A stretch of DNA of 64,000 nt from an uncultured Alphaproteobacteria bacterium (GTDB lineage: Bacteria; Pseudomonadota; Alphaproteobacteria; RF32; CAG-239): the NCBI GenBank assembly GCA_944392155.1, contig CALXVR010000006.1, positions 997 to 64,996 of the forward strand, written 5' to 3'. Below the pieces are notes generated by a model. That model was not told the DNA's origin and did no database searches. It saw only the letters and a list, made by a program, of their open reading frames with translations. Below, in pieces: positions 1 through 7,574 of this stretch. Numbering within the stretch: position 1 is the stretch's first letter; every line of letters starts with the position of its first letter. The position numbers were made by a program, and so were the translations under genes.

Positions 1-2
1 AA

Positions 3-671
3 TACATCGAAGTGTACGAGCTATCTCGGCAACGCGGGCATATGGTTATAATGCTTCACGGATTGGGAGACAGTAAGAATATTTTTAAGCCTTTGTGGCG
101 CGCTGTGTTGAAGGAAGGTATGATGGCGGCTGCGATTAACTATCCGTCTACCAGAAAAAGAATCGATTCTCATGTGCGACAGATTGAATTTTTGTTAAAT
201 AATCTGGAAGATGTGCAGGAAGTTTCTTTTGTAACCAAGGGAGCCGGGGGAATCGTATTGAGAAAATTGATGTCCATAGAATCTCCTTGGCAGAAAAAAC
301 TAAAATTGCGGCGTATTGTGCAGGTTTGTCCGCCGAACCAGGGCTGCAAGATGTTTTCTTGGCTGAACAAATTTAAATTTTTCAGATGGCTGCTCGGACC
401 GATGCTAAGTGAAATTTCTCCCAACAACATGGTTTTTATTCCAAACTTTCCCAAAGGAACGGACTTTGGAATTATATCAACCGATTTTCCGGGAAAAAAT
501 TTTGCAAAATATGTATCTGAATCTTTTCAAAAATCTTTACCGACTCCTAGAGAGGCCGATTTGGAAGGCGCTGCCGATATGATTTATATACGTAATGTTA
601 ACTACAATGTATTTAACAATGCCAAGGTCGTTCAAGCTTGCGTTCGATTCTTGACTAAAGGAAAGTTTTGA
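3..671 (+). CDS. alpha/beta-hydrolase fold protein (lipase/PGAP1-like), probably 5'-truncated by the window; catalytic residues appear lost
   Basis: MLHGLG oxyanion motif, NYPST and PPNQG motifs. The nucleophile elbow reads FVTKGAGG instead of FVxHSxGG. The frame is open from position 3. Confidence 0.7.
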   Translation, partial: YIEVYELSRQRGHMVIMLHGLGDSKNIFKPLWRAVLKEGMMAAAINYPSTRKRIDSHVRQIEFLLNNLEDVQEVSFVTKGAGGIVLRKLMSIESPWQKKLKLRRIVQVCPPNQGCKMFSWLNKFKFFRWLLGPMLSEISPNNMVFIPNFPKGTDFGIISTDFPGKNFAKYVSESFQKSLPTPREADLEGAADMIYIRNVNYNVFNNAKVVQACVRFLTKGKF

Positions 672-693
672 TTGATGCAAAAAAATCAAAAAA

Positions 694-728
694 CTGTAAC
701 AAAAAATTTTACTTTTATATGCTACAAT
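694..728 (+). promoter_or_regulatory. putative extended -10 promoter (TGCTACAAT) with an upstream CTGTAACAAAAAATT motif, for the virB6 cluster
   Basis: TGn-TACAAT at about 720-728, upstream of the 764 start. The 15-mer at 694-708 recurs exactly at 44939-44953. Confidence 0.35.
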
Positions 729-763
729 CAAAATAGCATGGAAAAGCTTTAAACGAGGGCCGC

Positions 764-955
764 ATGAAAGCTGTATTGATTAATTTAGGAATAATCTTAG
801 CCATTGCTGTTGCTTATTATGTAGATTTTTTCGGCTGGTTTACAACTAAATATGCTTTTTGGGGCGCTTTTGTTTTAGTCATTGCAGTTTTGTTGGCTGC
901 TTTTAAAGTACTAGGGAATCCTTGGCATAAGGAAGATGACGATGATAAAATGTAG
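764..955 (+). CDS. small two-TM membrane protein, first gene of the virB6 cluster
   Basis: 63 aa with two hydrophobic segments, RBS GAGGG, overlaps the next gene's start. Confidence 0.7.
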   Translation: MKAVLINLGIILAIAVAYYVDFFGWFTTKYAFWGAFVLVIAVLLAAFKVLGNPWHKEDDDDKM

Positions 956-3671
956 TTGGAAATTAAAATCAATTTTTCTGGCGGGACTGTTTACATTTCT
1001 GCCTGTTGTTGCATCGGCATCATCTAATTCTGCCGTTGACAGTGAGGTGAAGAACTTTGAGGTTGGAACCATTGCCACAGATGCCGAAAAAGCCAAACTC
1101 AGAGATCAATACAATACTGCAAAAGAAAAATGTGGGCTTTCTTTACAAAATTTTGGCTTTTGGGCTAAAGTTCAAGCTTTTCAACAATTTGATGTTTCAT
1201 GGTATGCTGCTACTGCCGAGTTTAATGATTCTGAGAGTTTTAAAGATTGGCGTAATTATCTCTCTACTATCGGAAATGTTTTGGATGCGACATGGGAAAA
1301 CGGCGAAGGTCGGTTTTCCGGCTTTGTTAACACATTGCAAGATATTGAAAGACAAATAAATTATTATTACGAAGATGCTCTAAAAAATGCCAAGACACAA
1401 GAAGCTGTTGATAATGTAAAGCAAAAATATGAAGAGATAATGGCTAAATATAACGAACTTATGGATGTAACGGAGGAAGTTCGTTCTCAATGTGAAATTT
1501 TGGATACTTTTGATTCTGATGTTATAAAGGGTATTAACTCAGAGAATTTATATAAATATGTATTCTGTCCAAATGGGGTGGACTATACAAAAGAACCCGA
1601 AAAATGTTCCGAATCCTATTATATAAAAACAACCGACGGAACATATGAAACCGTTTACGGTAATATGCGCGGCTGTGTACCGTTAGCCGTGAAGCTTAAT
1701 GAGGGACGAACATGCATCTTCTGTCCTCTCTTTTATAAGATTTTCAGCGCCGCAAATGTTATGGCTTCGCAGTCCTATGGTGTATTAGCCGCCTCCTTGG
1801 GCTATGTCATGCTTATTGGGTTTGCTATTTGGATTGCCTTTTCATTATTAGGTAAGGTTTCTTCTTTTACAAAAATGGATGCTCCGAAATATATCACGGA
1901 ACTCTTAACGCAAATATTTAAAGTATTGGTAGCTTATTTATTATTAAAAGACGGAACCGCAATTTATACCTATGCATTAGGTCCTTTATTGAAGGGCGGA
2001 ATGGAATTTGGCATGACCTTACTTTTCAGCAACAACAACTATCTTAACGCCTGCACATCATTAGGTGTTGAAAATATGCCCACAAATGGTTTGTTGCCAT
2101 CATATCTTTATACACAGTTAGAGTGCTTTATTAAAGCTGTTCAAGCTGAGCTTGCCGTTCCGCAAGCCATCGGTTCGTCTTTGATGTGTGTTTCCATGCA
2201 TTCTGCCGGTATTGATCCGGGAGCATTAAAGTATGTTACAGATTATAAAATTCCTGATTTTTCTATGCTCTTTGAAGGGTTAATTATCTGGGTCTTTGCA
2301 TGGCTGTTGTCTTTGGCTTTTGCTTTCTACCTTGTTGACGCGACGGTTCGTTTGGGAATTGTCGGAGCTTTGATGCCATTCTTGATAGCTTGCTGGCCGT
2401 TCAAAATAACATCGAAGTATACCTCTCAAGGTTTCACGATGTTTATGAACACCTTCTTTACATATGTATTTATGGGATTGGTTGTCAGTATCAATATTCA
2501 GTTAATAAGTGTTTCGATGACCGGAGTTCAGGGCGGAAAAGACGCGATTATTGCAGCTTTGAACGGAAATAAAGTTCAAGTATTAAAGGACCTCCTTGAT
2601 ATTGGATTTGCCGGCTTCTTAATCCTGATTGCCAGCAGTATCTTCGGTTTCAAACTTTGCGGACAAGCAGCCGAATTGGCCGGAAGCATGGCTGGTGGCG
2701 GCGGCGGTTCTTCTATCGCTCCGGAAATCGGCGGTATGGGATACAACGTTGCAAAATCTGCCGCTCTTGGTACAGGCCAAAAGATTTTGGGCGGAGCAAA
2801 ATTTGTCGGCGAAGCTACCGGCGTTAATGAAAAGCTGCGTAAGACAAGAGATAGTGCCGTTAATAAGCTTGTTGTTTCGCCTTTGGCTAAAGTCTTTAGT
2901 TTTGGTCGGTCCGGCGGCGGAGCATCTTCTAAGACGGCATCGCCTTCTCAGGCTCCGAAACCTCAGTCTGCTCCGACTTCAAGCACAGGATCTTCGGGAA
3001 GCTCTTCGGTTACGCCGGATCAAATTCGGCAGGCTGATAATTTGTCTAATGCAGCACCACGTCCGACATCAACAGCTCAAACCACAAGGGGAGCTTCAGG
3101 GCGTGCTGCCTCGACGCAAACGAATAATACGCCTAACAATCAAGCCTCTCCGAGTGATGCCAACATGGATAGCATGACACCCGAGCAACAGAGAGAGCAG
3201 CGGATTGATCAGTTTAACCAAAGCCACGCGGCTTCTCTGGATCTCGAGAGGAACTCTGAGTTGTACAGACAAATATCCGATCAATGTACTCAAGCGACTT
3301 CGAATCGAGATGCCGCGGTACAAAGGGCTCGAAGTTTTGAGGCTCAGGCTAAGGAAGAAATGGATAAAGCTACTTCTTTGCGCGAAAAGGCTCAAAAATT
3401 AGCTGACGGCGCTGAAAAAGATGCTTTATTGCAGCAGGCTAACACGTCTGAGAAAAACGCAACTGATTTCAGTGTTCAGGCATCTGAAGAACGAAATAAA
3501 GAAAAAGAAAACGACGATATTGTTCGCGAAACTTTGCAGAAGATGAAAGAGATGCAAAGCGATAGGGAAAAAACAATGTCGAAGGAAGATGTAGACAACG
3601 TTATGAAGCAGGCCTACGGAGAAAATTATCGTGCAGACCAAACAGCTAATCGTAACGGATGGAACTTTTAA
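936..3671 (+). CDS. virB6: VirB6/TrbL-like polytopic membrane protein 1, with extended N-terminal periplasmic and C-terminal low-complexity/coiled-coil regions
   Basis: Signal peptide, CIFC motif, many TM segments with a VirB6-like GALMPFLIACWPFKIT motif, then a Gly-rich linker and Ser/Thr-rich tail. Confidence 0.7.
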   Translation: MTMIKCSWKLKSIFLAGLFTFLPVVASASSNSAVDSEVKNFEVGTIATDAEKAKLRDQYNTAKEKCGLSLQNFGFWAKVQAFQQFDVSWYAATAEFNDSESFKDWRNYLSTIGNVLDATWENGEGRFSGFVNTLQDIERQINYYYEDALKNAKTQEAVDNVKQKYEEIMAKYNELMDVTEEVRSQCEILDTFDSDVIKGINSENLYKYVFCPNGVDYTKEPEKCSESYYIKTTDGTYETVYGNMRGCVPLAVKLNEGRTCIFCPLFYKIFSAANVMASQSYGVLAASLGYVMLIGFAIWIAFSLLGKVSSFTKMDAPKYITELLTQIFKVLVAYLLLKDGTAIYTYALGPLLKGGMEFGMTLLFSNNNYLNACTSLGVENMPTNGLLPSYLYTQLECFIKAVQAELAVPQAIGSSLMCVSMHSAGIDPGALKYVTDYKIPDFSMLFEGLIIWVFAWLLSLAFAFYLVDATVRLGIVGALMPFLIACWPFKITSKYTSQGFTMFMNTFFTYVFMGLVVSINIQLISVSMTGVQGGKDAIIAALNGNKVQVLKDLLDIGFAGFLILIASSIFGFKLCGQAAELAGSMAGGGGGSSIAPEIGGMGYNVAKSAALGTGQKILGGAKFVGEATGVNEKLRKTRDSAVNKLVVSPLAKVFSFGRSGGGASSKTASPSQAPKPQSAPTSSTGSSGSSSVTPDQIRQADNLSNAAPRPTSTAQTTRGASGRAASTQTNNTPNNQASPSDANMDSMTPEQQREQRIDQFNQSHAASLDLERNSELYRQISDQCTQATSNRDAAVQRARSFEAQAKEEMDKATSLREKAQKLADGAEKDALLQQANTSEKNATDFSVQASEERNKEKENDDIVRETLQKMKEMQSDREKTMSKEDVDNVMKQAYGENYRADQTANRNGWNF

Positions 3672-3674
3672 GAT

Positions 3675-4988
3675 ATGAGGCTCGAGACCATGTTTAAGGG
3701 CATTGACATAAAAAAAATATCTAAAATGTTGCTCATTGTTTTATTTGCAACATTTGCCCTTACGTCTTGCAGTCAGGAATCTTCAACACCGGAACAGTCT
3801 GTTAATACGCATACAAAGCAATCAGCATTAAACGTTAATGACGAAGAGGGACAACGCCAGCTAGCTACCCAACACAGAGAATGTTGGCAGACTGGTATTG
3901 TTGATCAACTTTATGAAAATATGGGTAAAGTGGCTTTAGGTATGTATGCAAAAATTACCGACGGCGCTCTTCCTTTGATGATGTTGGCTTTTGCTATTTG
4001 GACAATTTTCCGCCTTTTGAAATTTGTCGGGTCTTTTACCGAAGATTCTCCTGCCGAAATTTGGAATGAAATTGTACGAAAGATGTTTGTCTGCTTGATT
4101 TGCGGGCTGATTGCATCTTCAACAACTCAGCTGTTGTGGCTTTTAAATACGATTGTTTTCCCTATTTACTATGCCTTTTTGGAGTTGGGCGCAGAAATAT
4201 TGAATGCGGCAAGTGAAGGCGGAGCATTTAAAGTTCAAAATTCCGCAGTTATTTCATTCTTCCAAGAGATGATCCCCGTAAGTCAACCGGTTATGTGTTC
4301 TGCTTCCGGAATTGGCAAGGCCTCTCTTGAAACTCTTTCTTTCCCTGACGGTCCTCGCACAATGATGGATTGTATGATTTGCGCCGTTAATGAGCGTCTG
4401 ACATTAGGCTTTTATTTATCTTTTAAGGTTATGGCAGGAAGCGGGTTTATGCCAATCATACTCGGGTTGTTTATCTTAATCTGTTTCACAATTGTTAAGC
4501 TTGGGTTTGTTTTCTATTTGGTTGATAGTATTTTCCGCTTCACAATGATGGCTGTTATTTTGCCTATTTTGGTTATGTCTTATGCCTTTAAACAAACATC
4601 CAGCTGGGCTAAAAACGGCTTCTTAACCATACTGAACTCTGCCGCATTGATGATGTTCATGGCCGTAATGATGTCTATGGCTTTGTTGGCTATGGAACAG
4701 ATTATCAGTGATAATGCCGATATTTTTAACGGAGACGTCAGTGAGTTGTCCTTTACTGAATTTAGTATTCCATTTATGTGCATTATGTTGGTAGCATTTT
4801 TAATTGTCTCAAGTGTTAATATTGCGCAACAAGTTACGGATAGTCTGGTTGGCGGCGATTCTGACTCTGCTTTCCAAAAACGTGTTGGAAAACTTGCTGC
4901 CGAAATTTTGTGGGGCGCTTTAGGTATTATTACTTTCGGCGGAGCTAAAAAGATTCGCGCCGTTTGGAATACCTTAAAGGTAAAATAA
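3675..4988 (+). CDS. virB6: VirB6/TrbL-like protein 2, with a lipoprotein-type signal
   Basis: Lipobox ALTSC. TM pattern and the motif ILPILVMSYAFKQT are paralogous to the neighbours. Confidence 0.65.
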   Translation: MRLETMFKGIDIKKISKMLLIVLFATFALTSCSQESSTPEQSVNTHTKQSALNVNDEEGQRQLATQHRECWQTGIVDQLYENMGKVALGMYAKITDGALPLMMLAFAIWTIFRLLKFVGSFTEDSPAEIWNEIVRKMFVCLICGLIASSTTQLLWLLNTIVFPIYYAFLELGAEILNAASEGGAFKVQNSAVISFFQEMIPVSQPVMCSASGIGKASLETLSFPDGPRTMMDCMICAVNERLTLGFYLSFKVMAGSGFMPIILGLFILICFTIVKLGFVFYLVDSIFRFTMMAVILPILVMSYAFKQTSSWAKNGFLTILNSAALMMFMAVMMSMALLAMEQIISDNADIFNGDVSELSFTEFSIPFMCIMLVAFLIVSSVNIAQQVTDSLVGGDSDSAFQKRVGKLAAEILWGALGIITFGGAKKIRAVWNTLKVK

Positions 4989-5000
4989 GGGGACAACAAG

Positions 5001-7571
5001 ATGAGCAAGCTATTGAAAATAAAATTAAATAAGCTGATAAATGTCCTCACATTTGTTGTGTTTGGCCTAGCCCTTTTTATGGCAAATGATGTTTATGCGT
5101 ACAAGAACGCCAGCAGTTGCGGCTCCCCTAACCGTATTAATGTTGATGCAAGAAAGCTTACGGAAGAAGAAAAAGCTAAAATCAATGAGATTTATGCCGC
5201 TCAATATAAATTATGTCAAACTCAGGAAGAAATTGCTAAAAAGATCGGTAAAGATTATGATCTTGGAGCTTTTAGTAATATTTCTAACTTTTTCGGAGGA
5301 CTAGATGAAAACAAAGAAGCTGCTTTGCAAGCGGCAAACTTGTTGCAAGACAGTAGTCGATTAGATGAAAAACTTACGGATTATTCCAGTATCACGGATC
5401 CGGAATCGGTTAAAGCCTTAAAGTATTTGCAAAAAAATTATCCTGACGAATACAAAAAACTTATGAGTGACTTAAACAGCGTGGCAAAATATAAAAGCGA
5501 GGATCCTGCCTTGTATAAAAAAGCTGCGGAAGTCAGTACAGATGCTTTGCGAGACAGCGCTAATCCGGCTATTGTTGAACTCGCCAAACATTCTAACCCT
5601 GTTTCATCTTTCGGTGCCGATGCTTTTAGTTATGCCGCAAAAAATGTTCGCGACAAAGCTTATGCCGATGTTGTTAGCGAAATGGAAAAAAGCGGCGCCT
5701 CAAAAGAACAAATCGAAAAATATAAGAGTGATGCCGTTGCTGTGGAGGGTATTATTGCGGCGCAAAATACTTACGGATTAACAAAAGAGCAAGCTCGTGA
5801 AGCCATCCATAACAAGCAGGACGCAACCCAAAAAAAATTAAATGAAACTTGCGATATTGAGGCTATGAGACAGAGCTATCAGAGTAAGTGTTATTCTTGT
5901 GTTATTGTTAAAACCTTAATGGAAACTTTCTTAAACGCCTGCAGTAAAGCTTATGACATTACATCAGAAGCCGGCACTAAACTATTGGTTTTCGGCGCAT
6001 TAATCTGGATGGCTTTTTTTGTCATGAAAAATGTTTCCTCTCTTTCAAATATTGAGCCGGGCGCCATGATGAATACGTTAATAACCTTTTTATTTAAGGT
6101 TATGGTCGCATATATCTTAATTACTTCCGGTTTGGGGGTTTTGGTTAAATATACCATTAATCCTCTTTTGACAGCCGGCGCCGATATGGGTATTGCTTTT
6201 ATGAATATTACTAGCAGTCTTTCCGGAGCGAGCGGTCTGGATTCTCAATATATGGTTCAAACGCCGACAATCACTGACGGAGGAACAACTACAGAAATCG
6301 TTTCTTCCGACGTGATGAATAAGGTTATGACTTTTGCTCGCGACTTAGATAAAAATGTATCGACGAATCTGGTCATCGGTCATGCTCTCACTTGTTGGTC
6401 TATTACGGGTGGGGCGTGGAGCATTCTTTCATTCAAAATCGTTAATTTTTGGCTTTGGTTTTGCGGTGCTTTAATTTGGTTTGTCGGATTTATGCTTACT
6501 TTGGGTATCGGTTATTATCTGCTTGATATATCATTTAAGCTTGGTTTTGCCATAATGGCTTTGCCGGTTGTTATCGGTCTGTGGCCGTTTAATGTTACAA
6601 AAGGAAAAGTTACTGCCGTTATCAGTATTATGATAAAAGCAGCAGGAACTTTTGTCTTCTTAGCTTTGACTACGACCTATGCTTTGACCCTGATCAGCAT
6701 GGCTTTGCGAGATGCAAATACTCTGCTTGCCAAAATTCAACAAGGGGAATCGGAATGGATTGCCGAAACTTTTGATCCGACAGGTTCTTATTTCCTTATT
6801 ATCTTGTTCGTATATTTATATTCAATGAAGCTTATATCTTCTACCGTAAGCGATTATGTTGATAAATTCTGTGCAGATAAAGTCTTCGGAAAAGCAGATC
6901 CGATACATGGTAAACTTACGCAAATGACTGATTTTGCAAAACAACAAACAATGAGCGCCGCAAAGTGGGCCGGTAATAAAGTAGGTGGAGCAGCTAAAGA
7001 AGAAGCTAAAAAAGGCGCCGCAAAAGCAGGACGATTTGTTAAAGGTTTATTTAAAGGAAAAGCTAACGGAGATATCGAAAAAGGAAATAGTAAAGATAAT
7101 CTTGTTACTTCCGCAGGAAAAGGTGCCAAGGCTGCCGGTGCAACGACAGAACAAGCAGGAAAAGGCGTCCAAGCTGCCGGAAAAGGCGTTGAGGCCGGCG
7201 GAAAAGCCACACAAGCCGGAGGAAAAGGTTTGATGAATGCAGGAAAAGCTCTTAGTTCAACCGGTTTAGGCGCAATTGTCGGCGTACCAATGATGATTGC
7301 CGGCGCAGCAACTTATGCCGCGGGAAAAGGAGCTGAAGTTGCAGGTAAAACCGCTCAGCAGGTCGGCAAAGCCATGAAGAAAGGCGGCAAGACTATGAAA
7401 AAAGCCGGCGAAAAGATGGAAAAAATGGGCGAAAAGATGAAGAAGGTCGGAAACAAATTAAAGTTTGGCGATGAGAATCCGCCTAAATCAGAAGAAGTTT
7501 CCGCACAACACAATCATCAAGATTCTGATGAAAACAAAAGAGACGAGCAAAACCGAGAAAACGACAAATAA
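5001..7571 (+). CDS. virB6: VirB6/TrbL-like protein 3, with a C-terminal AGK-heptad region and hydrophobic hairpin
   Basis: Signal peptide, CYSC motif, motif ALPVVIGLWPFNVT, paralogous TM core. Confidence 0.7.
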   Translation: MSKLLKIKLNKLINVLTFVVFGLALFMANDVYAYKNASSCGSPNRINVDARKLTEEEKAKINEIYAAQYKLCQTQEEIAKKIGKDYDLGAFSNISNFFGGLDENKEAALQAANLLQDSSRLDEKLTDYSSITDPESVKALKYLQKNYPDEYKKLMSDLNSVAKYKSEDPALYKKAAEVSTDALRDSANPAIVELAKHSNPVSSFGADAFSYAAKNVRDKAYADVVSEMEKSGASKEQIEKYKSDAVAVEGIIAAQNTYGLTKEQAREAIHNKQDATQKKLNETCDIEAMRQSYQSKCYSCVIVKTLMETFLNACSKAYDITSEAGTKLLVFGALIWMAFFVMKNVSSLSNIEPGAMMNTLITFLFKVMVAYILITSGLGVLVKYTINPLLTAGADMGIAFMNITSSLSGASGLDSQYMVQTPTITDGGTTTEIVSSDVMNKVMTFARDLDKNVSTNLVIGHALTCWSITGGAWSILSFKIVNFWLWFCGALIWFVGFMLTLGIGYYLLDISFKLGFAIMALPVVIGLWPFNVTKGKVTAVISIMIKAAGTFVFLALTTTYALTLISMALRDANTLLAKIQQGESEWIAETFDPTGSYFLIILFVYLYSMKLISSTVSDYVDKFCADKVFGKADPIHGKLTQMTDFAKQQTMSAAKWAGNKVGGAAKEEAKKGAAKAGRFVKGLFKGKANGDIEKGNSKDNLVTSAGKGAKAAGATTEQAGKGVQAAGKGVEAGGKATQAGGKGLMNAGKALSSTGLGAIVGVPMMIAGAATYAAGKGAEVAGKTAQQVGKAMKKGGKTMKKAGEKMEKMGEKMKKVGNKLKFGDENPPKSEEVSAQHNHQDSDENKRDEQNRENDK

Positions 7572-7574
7572 CAG

